From Candidatus Microgenomates bacterium (GTDB lineage Bacteria; Patescibacteriota; Microgenomatia; UBA8517): a DNA stretch of 64,000 nt. Numbering within the stretch: the first letter of the stretch is position 1; the number at the start of each line of letters is the position of its first letter. The stretch is taken from the NCBI GenBank assembly GCA_049523135.1, contig JBEKNE010000001.1, positions 542,809 through 606,808 of the forward strand, in the 5' to 3' direction. A program made the position numbers and the translations under genes. The notes under the pieces are model-generated. The model was not told where the DNA came from. It ran no database searches and saw only the letters and a list, made by a program, of their open reading frames with translations. Of the stretch, positions 35,013 through 44,352 are shown piece by piece.

Positions 35013-35771
35013 ATGCAAGAAGATAAAAAACAGCAAATAGGTCAGGTCTTTGGTTTGGTATTTTTCATTTTTATTCTTCTTTTTGTCTTTGCCAAGTGGG
35101 GACCTCCCATAAACTTTAATTCAATTACTCAAACCAAAGGAGAACCCTTGGTGGTTCAGGGAACCGGAAAATCTTTCGTCGCACCTGACATTGCAAAAGT
35201 TGATTTGGGAATTCAGGAAACAGGGGGAGACCTGAAAACCGTTGAGAATTCCGTTAACACAAAATCCCAAAATTTGGTTACCCAGATTGAAAAATTGGGA
35301 ATTGCAGAAAGTGATATCCAAACAATTTTATATAATGTTTATCCGCAATATGACTATACGGCACCAACCCAAGAAATAACCGGTTATCAGGTTTCCACCG
35401 AATATGAAGTTACCGTCCGCGACTTTACCAAAATTAACGATTTGTTGTCCACCTCTACAAGTGCTGGTGCAAATACCATTGGTAGTGTAACTTTTGATTT
35501 AAGCGACAATCTTAAAAATCAGAAGCTGCAAGAGGCCAGAGATGAAGCAGTTACTGAAGCGAAAACAAAAGCTACAGGGCTTGCCAAAGCCGCAGGAATA
35601 ACTTTAGGAAATATTATTAATGTTTCCGAGGAAACTCCGTCAAATGTTACACCCCTTATGCTTCCCGCTTCCGGCGGGGGAGTAACCGAAAAAACAGTTA
35701 CACCTCCCAGTATCCAATCCGGAACAACCGAAATAGACGTCACCGTTTCCCTCTCCTACGAAATTCGCTAA
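35013..35771 (+). CDS. SIMPL (DUF541) domain protein
   Basis: VQGTG..VAPDIAKVDLGI, VYPQYDY, AGANTI..VTFDL, AKTKATGLAKAAG. Confidence 0.9.
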   Translation: MQEDKKQQIGQVFGLVFFIFILLFVFAKWGPPINFNSITQTKGEPLVVQGTGKSFVAPDIAKVDLGIQETGGDLKTVENSVNTKSQNLVTQIEKLGIAESDIQTILYNVYPQYDYTAPTQEITGYQVSTEYEVTVRDFTKINDLLSTSTSAGANTIGSVTFDLSDNLKNQKLQEARDEAVTEAKTKATGLAKAAGITLGNIINVSEETPSNVTPLMLPASGGGVTEKTVTPPSIQSGTTEIDVTVSLSYEIR

Positions 35772-35846
35772 ATAATTTCCTTAGTTATACAATGTGTTTG
35801 CCTCTTTATTTTGATCGTACTTTAACTAAAAGGAAAGGAGAACAAA

Positions 35847-36566
35847 ATGAAAAAGGTGGTTCTATTAATCACCACCGTCTTACTGACAGCATGTGCTTCA
35901 GCGCAAAATATTTCTGCTACAGTTCTGCCAACAATGTCACAAATAACAGCTATAGTAACTGCAACACCAAATATAGTTACTGCAACACCGACTCAAGAAC
36001 CGACAGTAACGACAACCCCGATCCCGACCATAACCCCGACACCAAACGGAACATATATCGTTCAGTCGGGTGAGACGCTGGGCAAAATTGCCGCAAAATT
36101 TGGAATGCCCTACGGGTACTTGGCGGAAGAGAATAATATTCCCGACCCGAATCTGATTTATACAGGGCAGGTTTTAACTATTCCCATATGGCCTCCAATT
36201 CCCAAAACTGATAACGGCAAGCTCATAATTGTTATCTTGTCGCAACAAGAAGTTTACGTTTACCAAGACGGAACCCTGTTAAAAACTTTCATTGTTTCCA
36301 CTGGGGTTCCTCAGTATCCAACAGTTACAGGTCGCTACAAGATTTATGTCAAATACAAATCTGCAACTATGAGTGGCGACGGGTACTATCTGCCGGATGT
36401 GCCGTGGGTCATGTATTTTTACCAAGGATATGGCCTCCACGGAACTTACTGGCACCACAACTTCGGGCACCCGATGAGCCACGGCTGTGTCAATATGTAC
36501 ACACCGGACGCGGAATGGTTATTTAATTGGGCTGATGTAGGAACACCGGTATGGATCTATCTTTAA
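35847..36566 (+). CDS. LysM + L,D-transpeptidase (YkuD) lipoprotein
   Basis: Lipobox LTAC, LysM YIVQSGETLGKIAAKFG..IYTGQVLTIP, catalytic HGTYWH..SHGCVN. Confidence 0.93.
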   Translation: MKKVVLLITTVLLTACASAQNISATVLPTMSQITAIVTATPNIVTATPTQEPTVTTTPIPTITPTPNGTYIVQSGETLGKIAAKFGMPYGYLAEENNIPDPNLIYTGQVLTIPIWPPIPKTDNGKLIIVILSQQEVYVYQDGTLLKTFIVSTGVPQYPTVTGRYKIYVKYKSATMSGDGYYLPDVPWVMYFYQGYGLHGTYWHHNFGHPMSHGCVNMYTPDAEWLFNWADVGTPVWIYL

Positions 36567-36592
36567 ATTTTTCTTTATATAAAGAGGCAAAT

Positions 36593-36643
36593 TTGAGGGA
36601 ACCTAAAGGTTTACATAATTGTTAACTTCGATGGTTCCCTCAA
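36593..36643. terminator. Long imperfect hairpin between convergent genes
   Basis: TTGAGGGAACC (36593-36603) and GGTTCCCTCAA (36633-36643) with further internal pairing. Confidence 0.6.
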
Positions 36644-36664
36644 GTAATTTTTCTTCTCAGTCAT

Positions 36665-37177
36665 TCAGGATTTTAAAAATTCTTTAAACTCTTCAATGTA
36701 GAAATATTCGTGATCATCTCTGGGTTTAGAAATTACAATTATTTTTGGATCAACTCCTGACAAGAAATTTTTGGCCTGATCAAAATTTCCATGAGGATCG
36801 TTTTCATTTTGGAAACAAACAATATTTTCTGGAGCCATTAATTTTAAAGCCGACTTTAATACTTCTTTATCTTTCTCGTCTAAGTCGTTTAGACAAATCC
36901 CGTTAAGAATTACTTTCCTGATTTTTTCCGGACTTTTTTGAATAATATAACCGGCAACCAAAGTTCCAATCGACTTGGCAATAATGTCGACCATTCTTTT
37001 TCCTGCGACACTATCGATAAGTTGGGCTTTTTGAGAAGCTATAAATTTCTTATCCAGATTTTCCCAATGATCCCAGTAAATAGGCCTTATTTCACCATCA
37101 GAATTTATCCTTTTAGCTGTTTCTTCCAGCCATTTTTTATTGCTGGAAGAATACCCCGGTAAAATTATTGTTACCAC
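36665..37177 (-). CDS. Alpha/beta hydrolase fold protein
   Basis: IILPGYS, nucleophile elbow IAKSIGT, NENDP, DHEY; GTG start 6 nt after TATAAT. Confidence 0.75.
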   Translation of the reverse strand: MVTIILPGYSSSNKKWLEETAKRINSDGEIRPIYWDHWENLDKKFIASQKAQLIDSVAGKRMVDIIAKSIGTLVAGYIIQKSPEKIRKVILNGICLNDLDEKDKEVLKSALKLMAPENIVCFQNENDPHGNFDQAKNFLSGVDPKIIVISKPRDDHEYFYIEEFKEFLKS

Positions 37178-37230
37178 AAAATGATTATAACACCCTTGAC
37201 ATAAGGGGCACATAAGTTAAAATAACTCCA

Positions 37231-37324
37231 GATATCAAGAGTGCGGGGAAGGACTTAGCCTGATGATCCGCCGACAACCTGGAAGTAAAGGCTTCGAAAG
37301 GTGCCAAAGCTAAAAAACGATATG
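37231..37324 (+). promoter_or_regulatory. SAM-I-family riboswitch, compact (no P4)
   Basis: ATATCAAGAG..GGACT.AGCCTGATGA..CAACC..AAGGTGCCAA..GATAT directly before metK; promoter TTGACA 37196 / TAAAAT 37218. Confidence 0.88.
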
Positions 37325-38386
37325 AGTAAAAACATCTTCTTAGATAGTTTTAAAAATTATACCGTAGAATCCGTAACTAGTGGTCATCCGGATAAAATCT
37401 GCGATCAGGTTTCCGATGCAATTCTTGATGAATGTTTAAGACAAGACCCCAAAAGCCGTGTTGCTATAGAGAGTTTCGGAAGTCACGGACTTTTTGTCAT
37501 CGGTGGAGAAGTCACAACACGTGCCAAATTCGATGCCGCCAAAATCGCCACAAAAGTTTACAAGGATACAGGGCACACCGACAAACTAAAAATCATTACA
37601 AATGTAGTCAAACAGTCTCCCGATATTGCCTTGGGGGTTGATACCGGTGGAGCAGGGGACCAGGGAATTATGTATGGGTTTGCCACGGATGAAACTCCGG
37701 AATATTTGCCACGGGCAGTAGCCCTGGTTCATAAACTAACACGCGGATTGGAAGATCTGCGAAGAAGCAAAAAGATTAAGTGGTTACTGCCCGACGGCAA
37801 AGCCCAGATAACAATGCAAAATGGAAAAATTAAAACAGTTTTGGTTTCGACTCAACACAAAAAGGGAATTCCCATAGAAACCATCCGACGCGAAATCACA
37901 AATAAATTAATTAAAAGGGTGGTGGGGGATACAAAAGGTATCAATATTTTGGTCAATCCTACGGGTAGATTTGAAGTCGGAGGATTTATGGGAGATACGG
38001 GATTAACCGGCAGAAAAATTATGGTTGACACATATGGTGGGCTTGTCCCTCACGGCGGTGGATGTTTTTCCGGCAAAGATCCGACAAAGGTAGATAGAAG
38101 CGGCGCCTACATGTGCAGATTTGTTGCCAAAAATTTGGTTGCTAAAGGACTTGGAAAAAGTGTTCTTGTATCGGTAGCCTATGCAATCGGAAAAGCCGAT
38201 CCTTTAATGATTAATGCCGAAAATGAAAAAGGTAAAGATTTAACGCTTTATGTTAAAAAACATTACGATTTCAGACCCTTGGCAATTATCGAAAAACTAG
38301 ATTTGAGAAGACCGATTTATCAAGCAACCGCTTCATATGGCCACTTTGGCCGTAAAGGTTTTCCTTGGGAAGAAATTGAAAACTAA
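37322..38386 (+). CDS. metK: S-adenosylmethionine synthetase
   Basis: ESVTSGHPDKICDQVSDA, GAGDQG, GLTGRKIMVDTYGG, GGCFSGKDPTKVDRS, YGHFGR. Confidence 0.97.
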   Translation: MSKNIFLDSFKNYTVESVTSGHPDKICDQVSDAILDECLRQDPKSRVAIESFGSHGLFVIGGEVTTRAKFDAAKIATKVYKDTGHTDKLKIITNVVKQSPDIALGVDTGGAGDQGIMYGFATDETPEYLPRAVALVHKLTRGLEDLRRSKKIKWLLPDGKAQITMQNGKIKTVLVSTQHKKGIPIETIRREITNKLIKRVVGDTKGINILVNPTGRFEVGGFMGDTGLTGRKIMVDTYGGLVPHGGGCFSGKDPTKVDRSGAYMCRFVAKNLVAKGLGKSVLVSVAYAIGKADPLMINAENEKGKDLTLYVKKHYDFRPLAIIEKLDLRRPIYQATASYGHFGRKGFPWEEIEN

Positions 38387-38592
38387 CCAATAGTTTCTTT
38401 ATTTAAAGAATAATATTCAGGATTCTGCAAGTGTTTTAGTCTAATTTTTTCCCACATTGCTTCCATAGCGTCTCCGGTAAGTACCATTCCTTCAATAGAT
38501 TGTCCGCATTCCGAGCAAATTATTGCTTCATCGGGCACTTTGCCTTCAAAACCGCAGTTTGTACATTCAGCATCATGTGTAGTTCTACTCAT
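38383..38592 (-). CDS. Small zinc-ribbon protein
   Basis: CTNCG...CSECG; TATAAT 9 nt upstream of the ATG. Confidence 0.6.
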   Translation of the reverse strand: MSRTTHDAECTNCGFEGKVPDEAIICSECGQSIEGMVLTGDAMEAMWEKIRLKHLQNPEYYSLNKETIG

Positions 38593-38610
38593 AAGGCGTC
38601 AATTATAGCA

Positions 38611-40827
38611 TTACTTTCCCCCTTTTCCATGGAAGGCTTCATGAACATCACGAAGTTGTTTATTTGTAACATGTGTATAAATCTGTGTTGTTGAAATATT
38701 TTTGTGTCCCAGCATTTCCTGAACGCTTCTTATATCAGCCCCTGCCATAAGGAGATCGGTTGCAAAAGAATTATGACTTACTATTCCATCAGTTATTAAA
38801 TTTTGAGCAGGGGAGACTGTAAAATCAAAAACACTATATCTATTAAACGGTAACTTTTTGATTTTTTTGACTTTTAACCATTTCAAATTTTCTGCATTAT
38901 AAATATTTTTAAGTAGTTTAAATTCTTTACCGTTATAGCCAAACTTATCGATTTGCCTGATAAATTTTGCAACCGTCGATTTCATAGGCACCATGTCATT
39001 TAAGTTTCTATTCGATTTGATATTTTCATTATGAGAAAGAGCGTATCTAAAACCAGTTCTTCCGTTCTTTTCCAAATTCTTAAAAATCGAGTTTAAGATA
39101 CCCTGTACCGGAATTTTTTCATCTTCCCAAATAGAAGAATCTCTTAATGTTCCTTTTTTAAGTGTTGGAATTAGTTTAATAAATGATCTTTGATCCTCTT
39201 TACCAATCACTTGTAACGTATAAAAATTATGACGAAAATATTTTCCTTGCGGAAGCTTTACTATCCTGTCTCGCACCATAAGATGTGCATCAATCCCAAG
39301 TCTAAGTAACAACATTTGAACATCTTTTAACAAATCTTTCGAAGATGAAAAAAATCTTGGAGCGTCATTGGAATTTCCTTCCGCATCATAAAAACCAGCA
39401 ATAAATCCCATTATTTCATCTCTGGTAGCATTCATTATCTGATGGGGAACACGTTTCAGATTTAAATGCACACCCATCCCTAAACCAAGCAAAAATTCTA
39501 CAAACTGTTCAGAATAATAGTTAAGTCTATATGAATTCGTTTCGGGATTTTTTTCGATTTTAGCATTACCTTTAAATTTTTCTATAATAATTCTTTGATA
39601 AAATTCAAGGTTTTTTCTATCCTTATCATAAATTATTACACCCCGTCTTACTTTACTTACAACTCCATCTCCCAAAATATAACCAACAAGCCTTGCCAAT
39701 GCCGGATCCATAATTCTAATTCCGGGAAAATCAACTTTTTTAACTCCGACAATATAATTACCGACCTTCAAATTGGATATTTTAATTTCTCTAATTTCGC
39801 TGTTTGATAATGTAAAGACTCTATGTGTGCCAGAACATACCAATTCATATCCGTCCGCCCAAACCGAATATAAATCCGATATGTGATACTCCTTCCCAAT
39901 TACTTTCGAATCTACAACTCTGCCGGTTTTAAAATCGACACCAAATATTTCGTCTTTTTCTTCATAGTAGGCGTCCCTCGCAGATTGTATTTCATTTCCG
40001 AGGAAGATCCTTGTGTCAGGATGTAAACAGTGCCTCATCACATGAGGTGTAACTTCAATCGGCAGTTTCATTTTATGAGAATATTTTTTTACCATTCTCT
40101 GAACCGATCGGGGAGTTAGACGCATTTTTTCACCGCTTGTTGTCGGATCAACCTTGCCTTTGTGATGTATAAAAAGCGGTTTGTAGTGATCATCGCGTTC
40201 ACTGAGATATTTGATAAGCCAATCGGCCGCCCGCTGTGATAGAAACACAACCCTGGCCTTTCCCCCTTTTCCGATTATTCCAAACTCCCGCCTGTCCAAA
40301 TCAATTTTGTCACGGTCCAGCTTACAAAGTTCCGAAACACGAAGTCCAGTAGAAAAAAGCACTTCCAAAATTGCCTTATCTCTCTTTCCCTGAATAGAAT
40401 CAAGTGAGGGTGCATTAAGAAGTCTGTCCACCTGTTCGCCGTTTAAAAATTTAACAGACCTCTCTTCAATTTTCGGAAGTTCAATTTTATCAGGAGCCAT
40501 TACCGCATAATCGTTTTTGAGAAGCCATTTTAGAAAACTTCTCATTGCAATAACGTGATAGCTTTGAGTCCGCCTGCCCATTAGGGCTTTTCCTTCTCCG
40601 GGAAGGTTTGAAAGATAAACTCTAAAACTTCTGATAACTTCAGGGTTAATATCTTTCAGGTCTTCCCGAATACCCTGTGAACTCATCCATTTAATAAAAC
40701 GCGTCAGATAATGTCGATAGTTTCTGATCGTTAGGGGAGAGCAGCCTTTTTCAACTTGAAGATATTCCAAAAACTGGTCTACTTTTTTGGCTATCTCACT
40801 TTGATTGATTGGTGCAGTATCAACCAT
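38611..40827 (-). CDS. XerC/XerD-family tyrosine recombinase, intein-containing
   Basis: [72 protein letters not shown]. Confidence 0.95.
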   Translation of the reverse strand: MVDTAPINQSEIAKKVDQFLEYLQVEKGCSPLTIRNYRHYLTRFIKWMSSQGIREDLKDINPEVIRSFRVYLSNLPGEGKALMGRRTQSYHVIAMRSFLKWLLKNDYAVMAPDKIELPKIEERSVKFLNGEQVDRLLNAPSLDSIQGKRDKAILEVLFSTGLRVSELCKLDRDKIDLDRREFGIIGKGGKARVVFLSQRAADWLIKYLSERDDHYKPLFIHHKGKVDPTTSGEKMRLTPRSVQRMVKKYSHKMKLPIEVTPHVMRHCLHPDTRIFLGNEIQSARDAYYEEKDEIFGVDFKTGRVVDSKVIGKEYHISDLYSVWADGYELVCSGTHRVFTLSNSEIREIKISNLKVGNYIVGVKKVDFPGIRIMDPALARLVGYILGDGVVSKVRRGVIIYDKDRKNLEFYQRIIIEKFKGNAKIEKNPETNSYRLNYYSEQFVEFLLGLGMGVHLNLKRVPHQIMNATRDEIMGFIAGFYDAEGNSNDAPRFFSSSKDLLKDVQMLLLRLGIDAHLMVRDRIVKLPQGKYFRHNFYTLQVIGKEDQRSFIKLIPTLKKGTLRDSSIWEDEKIPVQGILNSIFKNLEKNGRTGFRYALSHNENIKSNRNLNDMVPMKSTVAKFIRQIDKFGYNGKEFKLLKNIYNAENLKWLKVKKIKKLPFNRYSVFDFTVSPAQNLITDGIVSHNSFATDLLMAGADIRSVQEMLGHKNISTTQIYTHVTNKQLRDVHEAFHGKGGK
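38770..40029 (-). mobile_element. 420-aa LAGLIDADG intein in the Xer recombinase
   Basis: Starts CLHPDT, block [18 protein letters not shown] and [10 protein letters not shown], ends [17 protein letters not shown] followed by Ser. Confidence 0.95.
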
Positions 40828-40879
40828 TTATAAATTGATATTACATTGGAGAACTTAACGTGTCAATGAGATTGTGCGA

Positions 40880-41620
40880 CTAACCAATTACTTTTTCTAT
40901 TGCATTCAGCAATGGATACATTGCCTGAAGTTCATCAGGAAATCTCTTAATTTCAACCAACCGCTTGTGTCGAAAGTCGGATTTAGTTTTACCTTGAAGA
41001 ACATTGATAACAAGGCTGTTAGTGATATTTTCAAGAGCGGATTTTACAAACCTAATGTCATCATCTATAAATACGATCCAAGGAGCTTTGGCGGCAAGTC
41101 TTGCAAGGCTATCGGTTTTGAAAAGTACGCCATCTATTTTTGCATTGCTATCATCACGGATCAAAATATTTTCAGTTCTAAATAATTTTGGTAGTTCGCG
41201 GGGAAACCATTTGTTGACCGTACAGTCTTTAAGTCCAGGATTTCGAGAGGTAAGAACAAAATTTCTTTCAGGTCCGTAGTACCGAATTGTCTTTTCAACC
41301 AATGGTTTTATATAAAGGTATCTGTGAGCTGATAATAATATATCCTGTTTATACCATCCGTCTTCGGCGTGTTTAATAGACTCTTCATCAAGTCCGCTCT
41401 TGGTAGCAAGTCTAGTTAAATATCCGCGTTCATCAAGTTCAACAGGACTCGCATATATGCCGGTTTTTTCTGTAAAATTTTCGAAAACAGCTTTTGCAGA
41501 ATTTGCCAAAATTCCGTCAATGTCATAAACAAAAACGGTTTGCCGGTTTTGCAAAACATTTTCAAATAATTCTTTGTCACCGGTAAATAAATTTTCAAGA
41601 CGGTAAGGACATCTTTCCAT
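40880..41620 (-). CDS. HAD-superfamily-like protein
   Basis: Motif I FVYDIDGIL, motif II VLTSR, motif IV FIDDD. Confidence 0.65.
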   Translation of the reverse strand: MERCPYRLENLFTGDKELFENVLQNRQTVFVYDIDGILANSAKAVFENFTEKTGIYASPVELDERGYLTRLATKSGLDEESIKHAEDGWYKQDILLSAHRYLYIKPLVEKTIRYYGPERNFVLTSRNPGLKDCTVNKWFPRELPKLFRTENILIRDDSNAKIDGVLFKTDSLARLAAKAPWIVFIDDDIRFVKSALENITNSLVINVLQGKTKSDFRHKRLVEIKRFPDELQAMYPLLNAIEKVIG

Positions 41621-41986
41621 GAATTGTCCTTTTTAACACAAAAAAGCATTAAAATCCATACCAGCCTCAAAAACGGCCTTACTAAATCGATTTTAAGGCC
41701 TGTCCAACTCAAAAGACGATACATTATTCATCTTAATAATTCCGTGTTTTCGGAAAAAACCAGTACTTACAAAAAACAGGGGAGTAACAAAAAAGGGTTA
41801 AAAATTCGAATTTCGGTCTTTATTCGGAAAGGGGTTTTTAGAGATATTTTGGAAATAGAGTATATAAATAAAAAAACGCGACATCAAAACAATTAAAAAT
41901 ACGGGAACCAGGTGAAACAATAGAAAAACACGTCTCCCTCTCACAGCTTTAATCAACGTCGCAAAAGTTACATTGTACGAACAATA

Positions 41987-42484
41987 TTAATTCCACTTAA
42001 AGTCCTTCTCTTTACTCTTATATGACTTCATCTCCATTCGTATCTCTTGAAGTCTTTCAATGTTATCTCTATTCCACTCAACTTTGACAAATCCTTTCTT
42101 ACCCCTCTCAAGATTGACTCCTTTCTTCTTGTTTCTAGCGATTATCTCCACTGCTTCCTTCCATAAATTAAAGTCTTTTGCTTTTTTCCCATACAATTTA
42201 TGGAGACTGAAAAAAGGAATAATTTTATTCAGTAGATCATCAGTATTCTGAACTTGATAACGTACAAAAGTGCTTGAATAACTTATATCTCCACAGGCCA
42301 ACCCATCCTTAATCATTTTCAGAAGGTCGGCATCATCAGCCCTAAGCACGATAGCAAAGACAGCATGCCATCTAAAATACATGGGCGAGTTTATACGATT
42401 TTTCTTTAAATCCTGTCTAAAATTCAAGGAGAAGCAACCTTCACCGTCAACCAAACCAGAAACATAATCAAGGGGTAGGATCAT
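41987..42484 (-). CDS. Free-standing single-motif LAGLIDADG homing endonuclease
   Basis: YVSGLVDGEGCF, IIPFF..L.GKK..DF.LWKEA. Confidence 0.88.
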   Translation of the reverse strand: MILPLDYVSGLVDGEGCFSLNFRQDLKKNRINSPMYFRWHAVFAIVLRADDADLLKMIKDGLACGDISYSSTFVRYQVQNTDDLLNKIIPFFSLHKLYGKKAKDFNLWKEAVEIIARNKKKGVNLERGKKGFVKVEWNRDNIERLQEIRMEMKSYKSKEKDFKWN

Positions 42485-42578
42485 ATAATTTAATTATATT
42501 AGAAAAATATATACTTATCCACAATGTATGCATAAAGGGAAGCAAAACATTACTACCAAGGCTGACAACTATATCAAA

Positions 42579-42695
42579 CTATATGAATCCTCCGGAACTG
42601 GGCTTCGGTGTTTCTTCGAGCGGCGCTTTGTGTCGCAATTCGTGAAAAGACCCATAATATTTCGTGAAAACCACCCTCCATTCCGGCAATAACAT
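42579..42695 (-). CDS. Possible 38-aa leaderless microprotein
   Basis: MLLPEWRVVFTKYYGSFHELRHKAPLEETPKPSSGGFI; TATAAT 6 nt upstream of the ATG, as for other genes in this window. Confidence 0.35.
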   Translation of the reverse strand: MLLPEWRVVFTKYYGSFHELRHKAPLEETPKPSSGGFI

Positions 42696-42786
42696 ATTGT
42701 AATTATAGGGTATATCATGCCCTCCTCCCCTGCCTGTGTGTCTGTCCAAAAAAATGAAAATTGATAATTATTAATTGAAAATTGTT

Positions 42787-43557
42787 TCAACCACCCCAAT
42801 GGGTTGCAAAAAACATTGCAATGAAGATAATAGATCCGACAATAACGTGTTCCCTGACGGTCGAGGAAAAAAGCCGCTCTTCAAGCTTGGCCTGACCCAA
42901 GCCTAATAGCATATAAAAAGAGGCTGTCAAAAATAAAGAGCCCGTGGTTACGGAAATCGGCCAAAAGTATAGAGCTAAAGCGACCTCAGCGGTAATAAGA
43001 GAAGAGACTCCGGAAAGTATGAAAAGTTCCTTAGAAAAACCTGTATCCAATAGCATTGACCAAAATCCCTGAAGGTAAAGCGGGAAGGTAATGATAAAGG
43101 TTAGAGGCACCAAAACATACATCTCAGATTTTAATGATATTAAAGCGTCGAAAACAAGGAAAGAAGTCAGAAGGGTGAGTACAAAACCTACTCCCCTAGC
43201 CGCCCGCAAAAGGGCGATAGTTCTAACAGAAGCAACCGAATAAATATTTGCGGTTAAACACAAAACGTAAATTCCTACACCATAAAAAATAACAATCGGG
43301 ATAGTTGCAAAAATATTGGCGGGGAGAAGGAACCAGAAAAATCCGACGCCAAGTGTAAAAATAACCGGCAGTGCCAATGTCAAAAGTGTCATGTTCCTGC
43401 CCAGGCTTTCGAAAAGGGCCCAGCCGAAAAAAACCGCAGTTAAAATTCCCAATATTCCGATAGACCAAAGTCTGTTCTGATCGTTCAAAAACTGGACACC
43501 GACAAAACCAAGACAAAGAAGAAGAGAAATTATTACAAAACGCCGGCGTTTACTCAT
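42787..43557 (-). CDS. Polytopic membrane protein of unknown function
   Basis: About 8-9 hydrophobic segments; starts 2 nt after the yebC stop. Confidence 0.75.
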   Translation of the reverse strand: MSKRRRFVIISLLLCLGFVGVQFLNDQNRLWSIGILGILTAVFFGWALFESLGRNMTLLTLALPVIFTLGVGFFWFLLPANIFATIPIVIFYGVGIYVLCLTANIYSVASVRTIALLRAARGVGFVLTLLTSFLVFDALISLKSEMYVLVPLTFIITFPLYLQGFWSMLLDTGFSKELFILSGVSSLITAEVALALYFWPISVTTGSLFLTASFYMLLGLGQAKLEERLFSSTVREHVIVGSIIFIAMFFATHWGG

Positions 43558-43559
43558 AT

Positions 43560-44300
43560 TTAGGCAGAAATTTGATTTATCACACTATCAGGAATATCCA
43601 AATTGGTGAAAACGTTTTGGACATCATCATGGCTTTCCAACTCGTCCAAAAACTTCATTGCTTTTGCGGCAGTAGCGGAATCCGTAATTGTTTGTAAATT
43701 CAATGGTCTCATTTGCAATTCCGCCCCCGAAACTTCAAAACCCTGTTCAACTAATTTCTTCTGAATCTGCATAAGCTGGTCCGGCGCAACATAAACTTCA
43801 AACTCCGCACCAGCATCCTGTATATCCTCCGCTCCGGCATCAATAAGAGCAAGTTGCTGAGTATCGGGGTCGGGATTTTTCTTAACAATCATAAATCCCT
43901 TGCTTTCAAAATTAAAAGCAACGGCATTGGGACCGGCAAGGTTACCCCCTTCCCTTTCAAAAACATTTTTAATTTCCTGAGCGGTTCTGTTTTTATTATC
44001 ACTCATAACTTCAACCATCACTGAAATTCCGCCAGGGCCAAAACCTTCATAGGTAATTTCCTCCAAATTGGCGGCTTCCGTTGTTGCCTTGGCAATTGCC
44101 CTTTCAATATTTTCTTTGGGCATACTAGCCTCTCGCGCTTTATCAATTTCAAAACGAAGCTTGAAGTTCATGTCAGGGTCAGGACCGCCTTTTGCGGCAA
44201 TCATAATGGCACGGGCCATCTTGGAGAACATGTTTCCTTTGGCTGCATCATTAACTGCCTTCTGGCGCTTAATTGTGGCGTAATGAGAATGTCCGCTCAT
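43560..44300 (-). CDS. yebC: YebC/PmpR family protein
   Basis: MSGHSH..IKRQK, MPKENIERAI, YEGFGPGG, DNKNRT, DDVQNVFTN. Confidence 0.95.
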   Translation of the reverse strand: MSGHSHYATIKRQKAVNDAAKGNMFSKMARAIMIAAKGGPDPDMNFKLRFEIDKAREASMPKENIERAIAKATTEAANLEEITYEGFGPGGISVMVEVMSDNKNRTAQEIKNVFEREGGNLAGPNAVAFNFESKGFMIVKKNPDPDTQQLALIDAGAEDIQDAGAEFEVYVAPDQLMQIQKKLVEQGFEVSGAELQMRPLNLQTITDSATAAKAMKFLDELESHDDVQNVFTNLDIPDSVINQISA

Positions 44301-44352
44301 ACTTGGTTGTATTATATCGAAGTTTTCCTTAAGAAAAAAGCCTCAAGCTCAA

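Noticed and set aside
41624-41896. 90-aa Lys-rich plus-strand ORF in the gap before the LAGLIDADG gene
   Set aside because: TTG start, no promoter or SD pattern, and composition typical of translated AT-rich intergenic DNA.
42484-42523. DnaA box next to an AT-rich stretch as a replication origin
   Set aside because: Only one box was found and there is no dnaA/dnaN nearby.
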